DNA of 64,000 nucleotides from a virus, in the IMG/VR virus record IMGVR_UViG_3300022902_000008; one strand, 5' to 3'. Below, one piece after another: positions 25,856 through 34,295 of this stretch (positions are counted from its first letter, which is position 1; every line of letters starts with the position of its first letter). Made by a program: the position numbers and the translations under genes. The notes under the pieces were generated by a model that saw nothing but the letters and a program-made list of their open reading frames with translations, ran no database searches and had not been told where the DNA came from.

Positions 25856-26405
25856 ATTTAAGAATGTTATATATGATGATCAAGTTGTGCTTAAGAGACA
25901 TATTATAGATAGGTTTATTGAGAATTATAATAATGGTTTAAAGCTTGGTAATGTTGTTTGGACTAAAGTATATGAATTTATGTGTAATGACAATCGTTTA
26001 AGTTTTGAAGAGTATGACAAGAAATATGTAGAAAATAATTGTTTGTCTGATTGTATAGTTTATGATGGGTTAGCGATTGTCAGTAATCAGGATTGTGATG
26101 GTGAAATTGATGATGACTTAAGATATGAAAATGTATGTGGGTTGAGTCTTGATAGTTTCGATAAATATTTTGTTGATTTAGAGTTTTTGGATGGTGTTGG
26201 AGAAGTTTGCCGTAAAATAAATCGTGATATTTTAACTCAAAGGCTTTTCTTTATGAATGATTATTGTTATTATGATGCAAAGATAGATAAGTTTTTTTAT
26301 TATGTTAGCTTTCCTTTTGATATTGCCGTTAAAAGTATTATGGGTAAGTCTGTTTTTAGGTGTAATTATTTTGATGTTCTTGAAGATAACATTAAGGCAA
26401 TTTAA
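25830..26405 (+). CDS. Hypothetical protein containing the family motif
   Basis: LKLGNVVWTK...YDGLAIV. Confidence 0.65.
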   Translation: MLRGSFLDKFKNVIYDDQVVLKRHIIDRFIENYNNGLKLGNVVWTKVYEFMCNDNRLSFEEYDKKYVENNCLSDCIVYDGLAIVSNQDCDGEIDDDLRYENVCGLSLDSFDKYFVDLEFLDGVGEVCRKINRDILTQRLFFMNDYCYYDAKIDKFFYYVSFPFDIAVKSIMGKSVFRCNYFDVLEDNIKAI

Positions 26406-26427
26406 TTAAAAAAAATAGCTATTATGG

Positions 26428-26456
26428 TTAACAGATGTTGTTTAATATGTTATAGT
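26428..26456 (+). promoter_or_regulatory. Conserved phage promoter
   Basis: TTAACA-17-TATAGT, TGn. Confidence 0.8.
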
Positions 26457-26490
26457 GTCTTTGTTGACAATGAAGGAAGGGGGCTTTTTA

Positions 26491-27672
26491 ATGAAGATAT
26501 ATCAAGTAGGTGGTAGCATTAGAGATGAGGTTCTTGGTATAGAGGCCAAGGATTTTGATTATGTTGTAGTTGGCGCTACTGTTGCTGAGTTTAAGGATAA
26601 ATATCCTGAAGCTGAGTTGGTTGGTAAATCTTTTCCTGTTTTTATTGTTGATGGTGATGAATATGCTTTTGCAAGGATTGAAAGAAAGATTGGTGTTGGT
26701 CATTGTGGGTTTGATGTTGATTATGAACCTACTGTAACCATTGAAGAGGATTTGATGAGAAGGGATCTTACGATTAACGCAATTGCAAGAGATGTTGAAA
26801 CTGGCGAAGTGGTTTATGTTGATGGTGCTTATGAAGATATTAAAAGTGGTGTTCTTCGTCATGTATCTGATGCTTTTTGTGAAGACCCTTTGAGGGTTTA
26901 TAGGCTTGCAAGATTTGCTGCTAAGTTTCCTGAGTTTGTTGTTTGTGACAAAACCAAAAAGCTCTGCGAAGGCATGAAGCGTGAGCTTTCTCACCTCCCG
27001 ACTGAGCGTGTTTTTGCCGAACTTTGCAAGGCGCTTAATTGCGAAATGCCGAGTAGGTTTTTTACTGTCCTTGATGAATGTGGTGTGCTCGATGTTCATT
27101 TTAGTGAGATTGTTAAAATGAAAATTATCCCCGCAGGCCCAATTGAACACCATCCAGAGGGAGATCTTTTTAGTCATACTATGCAAGTGGTTGATGGTAC
27201 TGTTAAGGATAGTGTGGCTAGGTTTGGAGCTTTGGTTCATGATTTTGGTAAGCTTGTTACTGACTCTAATAATTATCCTTGCCATTACCGTCATGATAGC
27301 GAAGGTGTTTTTAGTAGTGTCGTTATGGCTTTTTGTGATAAGTTTAAGGTAGGTGTAGAATATTCTAGGATGGCAACGTTTTGTGCGAGGCATCATATGA
27401 GGGTTGGAAAGTTTTTTGAAATGAAGCCTGGGAAGCTTGTTTCTATGTTTGAGTATATGTCTAGGTTTGTTATTGATTCTGATAAGTTTTTGTCTGTTGT
27501 TAATGCTGACGGTCAGAATGTTTGTAAAAAAGCTTTTGATTGTTGCTTAAAAAGTGTTATGATGGTAAAGCTTCCGGTGGAATATCATGATCGTGGAACT
27601 AAGTGTAAAGATATTCTTATGAATCTTAGATGTCATAAACTTAACAATTGTAGGAATTTTTATAGTAAATAA
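26491..27672 (+). CDS. cca: Multifunctional CCA-adding tRNA nucleotidyltransferase with HD domain
   Basis: VGGSIRD, DFDY, EDLMRRDLTINAIA, EDPLRVYRLARF, HHPEGD, HDFGK. Confidence 0.92.
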   Translation: MKIYQVGGSIRDEVLGIEAKDFDYVVVGATVAEFKDKYPEAELVGKSFPVFIVDGDEYAFARIERKIGVGHCGFDVDYEPTVTIEEDLMRRDLTINAIARDVETGEVVYVDGAYEDIKSGVLRHVSDAFCEDPLRVYRLARFAAKFPEFVVCDKTKKLCEGMKRELSHLPTERVFAELCKALNCEMPSRFFTVLDECGVLDVHFSEIVKMKIIPAGPIEHHPEGDLFSHTMQVVDGTVKDSVARFGALVHDFGKLVTDSNNYPCHYRHDSEGVFSSVVMAFCDKFKVGVEYSRMATFCARHHMRVGKFFEMKPGKLVSMFEYMSRFVIDSDKFLSVVNADGQNVCKKAFDCCLKSVMMVKLPVEYHDRGTKCKDILMNLRCHKLNNCRNFYSK

Positions 27673-27693
27673 TTTGAATGGGGGAAGTTAATA

Positions 27694-28011
27694 TTGTCTG
27701 ATTTAAATAATGATAAAAAATATGAAATAAATGATTTGTTGGATAGTGACGAAGTAAAACATTGCTTTCTTTATTGCAACCATTTAGGTCAAAAAACTAA
27801 TACTAGGTGTTGTATATCTTATTGTTGTGATAAGAGTCAAAAATTTTCTGAGAAGTGGCGAATAAAGAGAATGGTCAAGTGTAATGTTTTTTTAAGTTGG
27901 CTACCATTGGTGTACAAAGAATCATTTTTAGAGGAAAATAAACCAAAGAAAAAAAAGAGGCAAGAAAGTAAGCCAAGGAAGAGGGTAACTAATAGAAAGA
28001 AAAAGAAATGA
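27694..28011 (+). CDS. Cys-rich basic hypothetical protein
   Basis: ORF. Confidence 0.6.
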   Translation: MSDLNNDKKYEINDLLDSDEVKHCFLYCNHLGQKTNTRCCISYCCDKSQKFSEKWRIKRMVKCNVFLSWLPLVYKESFLEENKPKKKKRQESKPRKRVTNRKKKK

Positions 28012-28081
28012 TTTTATAAATATTGTAATGTTTGCTAAGCTATATATAACTGTTAACATATTAAAAAAGGACTTTTAATTA

Positions 28082-29179
28082 ATGAATATGAAAAGTGTTT
28101 GTGTTGTTGAAGATGGTTTAACTTTTGATGATGTTTCAATTATTCCAAAATATTCAGATATAAAAACGAGAGCTAATGTTGACTTGTCTGTTGATTTGGG
28201 TGTTGGCATTAAACTGAATGTTCCCATTATTGCTAGTCCTATGAAAAGTGTCTGCGAAGTTGATATGGCAGTCGCTATGGCAAGGTTAGGTGGCATTGGT
28301 ATTATACATAGATTTTGCACTATTGATGAACAGGTAAAAATGGTTAAGGATGCTAAGGATATTTTGTGTAGGGATAATGCTATTGGAAATATTAATTGTT
28401 ATGTTGGTGCTGCTATTGGTGTTAATGAATATGAATATAAAGAAAGAATGGCTGCTTTAGTTGATGCGGGAGTTGATTTGATTAATTTGGATGTTGCTCA
28501 TGGTCATCATGTTTTATCTAAAATTGCGTTAAAATATATTAAAAATAATTTATCAAGGCCGGTTCATATTATGGGCGGTGCAGTTTGTACTTCTGAAGCA
28601 GTTAGGGATTTAGCTAAATGGGGTGTTGATAGTGTTCGTTGTGGCATTGGCCCAGGTTCTGGATGTACTACTAGGTTGATGGCTGGTATTGGTGTTCCTC
28701 AAGTTACAGCAATTAGCAATTGTTCATGGGCTGCTGATGAGTTTGGTATAAAAGTAATTGCTGATGGTGGTATAAGAATTCCTGGCGATGTTTGTAAGGC
28801 AATTGCTCTTGGCTCTGATGTTTGTATGCTTGGAGGTTTGTTGGCAGCAACCATGGAATCTCCAGGTATAATTATTAAAGAGGGAATGTGGCCTAATGAG
28901 AAAAAGTATAAGACTTATTCTGGTTCAGCGTCGTATGCTGCAAAAGCTGAGCGTGGGGAATCAGATAGCAATGTTGAGGGAGCTTCTATGAGATTACCAT
29001 ACAAGGGCAATGTTGATCATATTGTTAATAGTATATGTGATGGCTTAAAGAGTTCGTTATCGTATGTTGGTGTTGATAACATTAGGGCATTTCAGATTAA
29101 GTCTACGTTTGTTAAGGTTAGTGCATCTAGTATTGTTGAAAGTAAGCCGCATGGCTTGTTTAATAGTTTTGGGGGGTAA
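28082..29179 (+). CDS. guaC: IMPDH/GMP reductase family protein without CBS domain; GMP reductase favoured
   Basis: GIGPGSGCTTR catalytic loop, IADGG; flap reads YSGSAS...NVEG without the MGS or RY of IMPDH. Confidence 0.7.
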   Translation: MNMKSVCVVEDGLTFDDVSIIPKYSDIKTRANVDLSVDLGVGIKLNVPIIASPMKSVCEVDMAVAMARLGGIGIIHRFCTIDEQVKMVKDAKDILCRDNAIGNINCYVGAAIGVNEYEYKERMAALVDAGVDLINLDVAHGHHVLSKIALKYIKNNLSRPVHIMGGAVCTSEAVRDLAKWGVDSVRCGIGPGSGCTTRLMAGIGVPQVTAISNCSWAADEFGIKVIADGGIRIPGDVCKAIALGSDVCMLGGLLAATMESPGIIIKEGMWPNEKKYKTYSGSASYAAKAERGESDSNVEGASMRLPYKGNVDHIVNSICDGLKSSLSYVGVDNIRAFQIKSTFVKVSASSIVESKPHGLFNSFGG

Positions 29180-30265
29180 ATGCGAAATTTTAATTTTAAT
29201 GACAATGGTGTTGATGGTGTTGATAGGGATATTTTAAACTTTGGCTTAAAAGAAATTTCTTCTGACGTAATTGTTGGTTTACAATATGGTGATTGTGCTA
29301 AAGGCAAAGTTACTAAATGGTTGTTAGATAAATATTTTTATGATTATTGTGTTAGGTATAATGGTGGTGATAATGCTGGCCATACTATTTATAAAAAAGG
29401 TAAGAAGTTGGTTACTCATTTTGTTCCAGCAGGTGCTTTTAGTGATTTACGAACTGTTTCGGTAATTGGTCCCAATTGTTTGCTTCATGTTAATAAGTTC
29501 TTTAAGGAACTCAAATATTTAAATGATAATGGTATTAATGTTAATAGTGATAATATTAAAATTTCTTATAATACTCACATTATTACTGATGATAATATTC
29601 TTGAGGATGAGGAAATGGATTATATTGGTAGTACAAAAAGAGGCATTACTTTTGCGTATAGAGATCGTGTTCTTAAGAATTCTAGTAGGGCAGAAGACAT
29701 ACCTGAATTAGATGATTTTATTTGTGATCCTGTACAGTTGTTTAATAAGTCTGATAAGCATAGTGGTACAACACGCATATTATTTGAAGGCGCACAAGGT
29801 TTTGGCTTAGATTTATCTTTTGGTGATTATCCATATGTTACTTCCTCTAATTGTATTGCTAGTTCTGCGTTTTTAAATGGTGTTTCTCCGAAAACATTGC
29901 GTAAAGTTTATGGTTGTGCAAAAATTTATGAGACATATGTTGGAACAAAGGATTTTCATGGTGATGGTGATATTTTTAATGAGTTGCAAAAGCTAGGAAA
30001 TGAATATGGCGCAACTACTGGCAGATCTAGACAATGTAATTGGTTGGATTTGGGCTTGTTAGTTCGTGCTATTATTGTCAATGGTGTTGATGTTGTCATT
30101 TTTTCTAAAGTTGATGTAATAAAAGAGTTGAATCATTTTGAAATAAGAAACCCAAATATTAAGTTTTCTAATTATGATGATATGGAATACTTTATTTCTG
30201 AGCGCCTTCATCGAGCTTTTCCTAATATTGAATTGATTTTTTCTGATGTTCCTCACACTGTTTAA
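29180..30265 (+). CDS. purA: Adenylosuccinate synthetase (short form)
   Basis: GLQYGDCAKGK, NAGH, GSTKRGI, EGAQG, YPYVTSS, GATTGRSR. Confidence 0.9.
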   Translation: MRNFNFNDNGVDGVDRDILNFGLKEISSDVIVGLQYGDCAKGKVTKWLLDKYFYDYCVRYNGGDNAGHTIYKKGKKLVTHFVPAGAFSDLRTVSVIGPNCLLHVNKFFKELKYLNDNGINVNSDNIKISYNTHIITDDNILEDEEMDYIGSTKRGITFAYRDRVLKNSSRAEDIPELDDFICDPVQLFNKSDKHSGTTRILFEGAQGFGLDLSFGDYPYVTSSNCIASSAFLNGVSPKTLRKVYGCAKIYETYVGTKDFHGDGDIFNELQKLGNEYGATTGRSRQCNWLDLGLLVRAIIVNGVDVVIFSKVDVIKELNHFEIRNPNIKFSNYDDMEYFISERLHRAFPNIELIFSDVPHTV

Positions 30266-30339
30266 AAATATTTTTGTTTTTTTTGGTTTTAGCAATATAC
30301 TTATAGTTGTGTAATGTTTTTTATGTTGGATAGGTGTGT

Positions 30340-30696
30340 ATGAGTAAAGACAACAAAGAAGATAATATAGAACAAAAGCAACCTGATGTAGATGTTGATA
30401 TGCTATATAAGGGCTTAAAAGATGGTACAAATATAATTGTTGACAAAAAAGAGCATGAGTTTTTAATTAGCTATTTTGCCGATACTATTGATGTTATTGA
30501 AAAAATGGAAAAACATACAGATGAGGAAGATTCAGAAGAAGAGTGCGATTGTGAGGTTTGTCAGAGTGCTGATGTCTCTGACGATCCTTTCGTTTACATG
30601 TACTTCTCTGATAATTTAAATGGTATTTTTTATAATATGAAAATGCCTGTATCTATTACTGATCAACAAATTGATAAAATATTGGAGGAAGAATAA
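30340..30696 (+). CDS. Acidic hypothetical protein
   Basis: ORF. Confidence 0.65.
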   Translation: MSKDNKEDNIEQKQPDVDVDMLYKGLKDGTNIIVDKKEHEFLISYFADTIDVIEKMEKHTDEEDSEEECDCEVCQSADVSDDPFVYMYFSDNLNGIFYNMKMPVSITDQQIDKILEEE

Positions 30697-30947
30697 TGGG
30701 TCAAACGTTAGCTAACATTAAGCGTGCTAAGATTAAAAAGAAAGTAATTAAAGGGTCAAGGCCAAAGCCCAAGCTAGAAGTTAAGACTAAAAGGGAAGAA
30801 GATGTTGTTGAAGATGTTGTTGAAGATGTTGTTGAAGATGTTGTTGATGTTGAAAAAAACATTGTTAAGAAGAAGTATGGTGGTAGTAGGAAAGTTAAGG
30901 GTAGTAAGGGTAGTAAGGGTAAAAAAAAGAACTTTAAGAAAGATTAA
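30696..30947 (+). CDS. Small basic protein with EDVV tandem repeat
   Basis: 12-bp unit gaagatgttgtt repeated 4 times near 30798-30845. Confidence 0.65.
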   Translation: MGQTLANIKRAKIKKKVIKGSRPKPKLEVKTKREEDVVEDVVEDVVEDVVDVEKNIVKKKYGGSRKVKGSKGSKGKKKNFKKD

Positions 30948-30964
30948 TATAGGAAATTTATTTT

Positions 30965-31516
30965 ATGAATAACAAAGTATTATTATTAGAAAAAAAGCTT
31001 GCGGATTCTTCTGCCGATTCGCAAATTGACTCCTTTATTATTGATGCAGAAAAAAACGCAGCACAGATCAAGCCTTCTATTGGGGATGATTTAGATTTAT
31101 CTGGTGCGCCACCAACATCAGACATTGACAGTTCTGTACAAAAGACTGAGAGCGTTAAGTTTTTTGGAAATGATTATGTGTCTAGTGTTTTAAGGGAAAA
31201 TATTGATATATTAAATGAAGAGGGTGAGGATGACAAGGGCATTAAAAATAATTTAAAGCTAAAAGTCAATGTTGACTCTCCTTCTAAGCCCGATAGGAAG
31301 TTAGACAAAATTGATGTTGATGTTTTTGTTGCTAATATGGCAAGGTTAATGCAACATACTGAAGACTTGTTGTCTATTAAAAAGGTTGTTTATAATAGGA
31401 GTTTAAACTTTCTTGAAAAAAATTATGGTTTAGATTCTAAAAGGTTAGCTAAGATTTCATTTAATGTAAATTTTGATGTAAAAGAAGAAGATTTTGAATT
31501 TGATAATGGAGAATAA
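30965..31516 (+). CDS. Hypothetical (possible virion) protein
   Basis: ORF. Confidence 0.7.
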   Translation: MNNKVLLLEKKLADSSADSQIDSFIIDAEKNAAQIKPSIGDDLDLSGAPPTSDIDSSVQKTESVKFFGNDYVSSVLRENIDILNEEGEDDKGIKNNLKLKVNVDSPSKPDRKLDKIDVDVFVANMARLMQHTEDLLSIKKVVYNRSLNFLEKNYGLDSKRLAKISFNVNFDVKEEDFEFDNGE

Positions 31517-31521
31517 ATAAC

Positions 31522-32121
31522 ATGTCTTTAATTAATGATATTTTTGATAGAGATTTAGATAGTAAATTTGACAAGCTTGTTTCAGAGGCAATCACAGGTC
31601 AAACAATTCCAGCAGATATTTTGCAAAAGGTAAAAGATAAGTGTAATGAAATTATTATAAAAGCTGATCAAGCTTCTAAGCTTGGTGTTAATGGTTGTGA
31701 GGAACTTATTAAAGTTGTCAATGATCTATATCCATTGATGGATGCTTTAAAGGCCAGCTTTTCAGAGTTTGAACGATTACCTTATATTGAAAATGTTGTA
31801 GATAAGTTTGTTACGGCAGTGTCTGATATGTTGAGATCTGATGTTGAAGAAGGAATTATTGATGTTGGGACTAATTATTCCAACATTAACGTTATGGAAT
31901 ATATTAATGATATTATAGCAAACAATATTAATGGCTTAGGTGACGTTGTAGATAAGATTTTTATGGACAAAGATGCGTCTGAGTTGGATGATAATGTTGT
32001 TTATGATGATTTTGTTGGAAAGGTTTTAAGAGTTGTTGGCGCTAATTCGGATGGGTTTTTATCAACCTTAGATAGAGTTAACCTATCAGATATGTTTAAT
32101 AGTGATGGTAATGCTGTTTAA
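31522..32121 (+). CDS. Hypothetical protein
   Basis: ORF. Confidence 0.7.
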   Translation: MSLINDIFDRDLDSKFDKLVSEAITGQTIPADILQKVKDKCNEIIIKADQASKLGVNGCEELIKVVNDLYPLMDALKASFSEFERLPYIENVVDKFVTAVSDMLRSDVEEGIIDVGTNYSNINVMEYINDIIANNINGLGDVVDKIFMDKDASELDDNVVYDDFVGKVLRVVGANSDGFLSTLDRVNLSDMFNSDGNAV

Positions 32122-32123
32122 TA

Positions 32124-32540
32124 ATGTTTACTTTTAAAAAGTTTTTATTGTTCATTAAGAATTATTGGTATGTTCCAGTGTTAGCTTTAGGTTTGTTTGC
32201 TTTATTTTTTTTGACAATGTTTATTAAGGACAAAGTTAAAGGCAAAAAGGTTAGAGATAACAATAAAAATGTTTTGAATATGTATAATGATATAATTTCT
32301 AAAATATCTGATAGTAGTAAAAAATATGTGGAAGATTGTAAGAAGCTTAATAAAAAATATGATAACAATATTGAAGAAGTTGACAAGAAGTTACATGATG
32401 ATATAAAAGATATAGATAATAAATATGATGTTAAAAAAGAAGAAGTTAAAAATGAAATAAAGAATAAAATTGATAATCAAACTGAACATTATGAAAAGAA
32501 TCCTGAAGATTTGGAAGGATGGTTTAATGATAGGCTGTGA
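32124..32540 (+). CDS. Membrane-anchored coiled-coil protein (spanin-like?)
   Basis: N-terminal TM segment plus coiled coil. Confidence 0.55.
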   Translation: MFTFKKFLLFIKNYWYVPVLALGLFALFFLTMFIKDKVKGKKVRDNNKNVLNMYNDIISKISDSSKKYVEDCKKLNKKYDNNIEEVDKKLHDDIKDIDNKYDVKKEEVKNEIKNKIDNQTEHYEKNPEDLEGWFNDRL

Positions 32541-32572
32541 TTGTTGTATTTAGCTTATGGAGAAATAATTAA

Positions 32573-32881
32573 TTGGAAGTTAAAATTATAGCGACTATTT
32601 GTGCTGCTGTTTTCTCTTTGTTGTCTGGTGTTATATTATTGCTTATAAAAAAAGTTTTTGATTTTATAACTATGAAAAAATCTGTTGTGGAAAAGCTTGA
32701 TGAGCTTAAGTGTTCAATTAATGATCTTAATAATAATGTTGAGGATCATAATAATAGCTCTAAAGAGTTTTTTTTGACTGGAAAATTGCACACAGAGTTT
32801 CAGAATAAAGAAGTCGATAAAATAACTGGATTGTTGGGTGATATTAGGGATCAGTTAATTAATAATAACAATAGGAAGTAA
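32573..32881 (+). CDS. Single-TM coiled-coil protein (holin-like?)
   Basis: N-terminal TM segment. Confidence 0.5.
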   Translation: MEVKIIATICAAVFSLLSGVILLLIKKVFDFITMKKSVVEKLDELKCSINDLNNNVEDHNNSSKEFFLTGKLHTEFQNKEVDKITGLLGDIRDQLINNNNRK

Positions 32882-33058
32882 AAAGTAAAATGGGAGTTTT
32901 AACTTATGAATAAATTGAAAGTTTTTTATGATTCTAATAGGTGTTTTAAAGTATTTATTGACAATGGGTATAAGGTTTTTTTTGGTTTAAGTATTATGAT
33001 TTTTATTTTGACATTTGCAGTTGCTTGTTTGTAATTTGTAAAGTAATAAGGTTTTATT

Positions 33059-33556
33059 ATGATTAAAATATTTAGATTTATTATTGTGGTATTTATTTGC
33101 ATTGGTTTTTCTTTTAACGTTTTGGCTGATGAGATTATTAAGGGCGCTACATATGTTTCTTATGGTGAAAAGGTTTTAGTAGATTCAATGTGTTTTACTA
33201 TTCCTTATGCGACTAGGTTAAAGGTAGAGTTAGAGTATTGTGATAATAAAATTTCTTATATTGAATTAGATAGAATTGCTGAAAAGTTGCGTGCTGAACA
33301 TTTAGCATTTGTTGTAAAAGTTAAATTAAAGTATCAGTTGGATTTGGATAAATGTAATTTATTAGTTGAAAAGGAGAGGAATGATTTTATTGTTGTTAAC
33401 GATAAGTTTCAAAAGCTTTCTAATGATTATATTAATTTGAACAATTCAACAAATGACTTTAGTTCTGGTAAAAAGATAGTTTGGTTTTCTGTTGGTGTTG
33501 GTACAGCGGCAGTTATTATATTTGGTTCAATATATTTTGTAAGTTTATTAAAATAA
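33059..33556 (+). CDS. Exported protein with signal peptide, coiled coil and C-terminal TM
   Basis: VLA/DE cleavage-like site; C-terminal hydrophobic helix. Confidence 0.65.
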   Translation: MIKIFRFIIVVFICIGFSFNVLADEIIKGATYVSYGEKVLVDSMCFTIPYATRLKVELEYCDNKISYIELDRIAEKLRAEHLAFVVKVKLKYQLDLDKCNLLVEKERNDFIVVNDKFQKLSNDYINLNNSTNDFSSGKKIVWFSVGVGTAAVIIFGSIYFVSLLK

Positions 33557-33568
33557 AGTGGAGGTATT

Positions 33569-33913
33569 ATGGGTAATAATTTAACTAGTTTGCAGACTGA
33601 AAGGATTAGTGATTGTGTTAGCAAGTTGTTGTCATTAGCAGATCCTAATAAGTGGAAGAATGATCCAGGGTTTTTGCCGTTAGTAAGAAGTATAGTTATT
33701 TCGGTTAAGAATGGCTTGGAGAATGTTGGCGTTAAAAACATTGATTTAATAAAGGCTATCGAGTGTATTGATTATGCAAGGCCTGATTTGGCGTATAAGT
33801 ATTTATTTGAGTCTTCATCCGTTATTGATGTTATGTCAGGCCAGTTATCTAGCAAGTACGGTGACGGCTATAAAGATGGTGCTTATAAGGATTTGCATAG
33901 TTTGATAGTTTAA
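33569..33913 (+). CDS. Hypothetical protein
   Basis: SD GGAGG. Confidence 0.7.
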   Translation: MGNNLTSLQTERISDCVSKLLSLADPNKWKNDPGFLPLVRSIVISVKNGLENVGVKNIDLIKAIECIDYARPDLAYKYLFESSSVIDVMSGQLSSKYGDGYKDGAYKDLHSLIV

Positions 33914-33938
33914 TTTTTATGGAGAACTTTTAGTGTTA

Positions 33939-34295
33939 ATGAAAAAGCATTTAAATATTTTACTGGAAGGCATTTCTGATGTTTTTAATAACAAAGAAGT
34001 GGAGGTGATTGATGATGAACATATTGATGCCTTAAATGAGAATATCTTTTTTGATGGTGATTTGTTTACTAAATTTTTTGATGATAACGTTGTTTTATCT
34101 TCTCTAGAAAAATGTATAATGTTGGCTTTAAAGTCTGGAGAGAGCATTCCTACTTCTTCACAAACTATGGATAAGTGTGGGTTTTATGAAGAAGTTAATT
34201 TGTATATGAATGGAGTGGGGGAGTCTGAGGCAACTATAAAAGATATTAAAGATTGTTTGTTGGCTATGATTTTAAATGGTTCTATGGAGAAGTAA
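33939..34295 (+). CDS. Hypothetical protein
   Basis: ORF. Confidence 0.65.
   Translation: MKKHLNILLEGISDVFNNKEVEVIDDEHIDALNENIFFDGDLFTKFFDDNVVLSSLEKCIMLALKSGESIPTSSQTMDKCGFYEEVNLYMNGVGESEATIKDIKDCLLAMILNGSMEK

Noticed and set aside
26488-27396. Long antisense ORF opposite cca, and other minus-strand ORFs beyond 14 kb
   Set aside because: Shadows of well-supported plus-strand genes, with no motifs
29180-30265. PurZ (2-aminoadenine Z-genome) enzyme
   Set aside because: Keeps the PurA catalytic Asp (YGD, not YGS) and the TTGR Arg; no DatZ/MazZ neighbours seen
30798-30920. 12-bp and 9-bp tandem repeats as a phase-variation switch
   Set aside because: Unit lengths are multiples of three, so slippage only changes linker length
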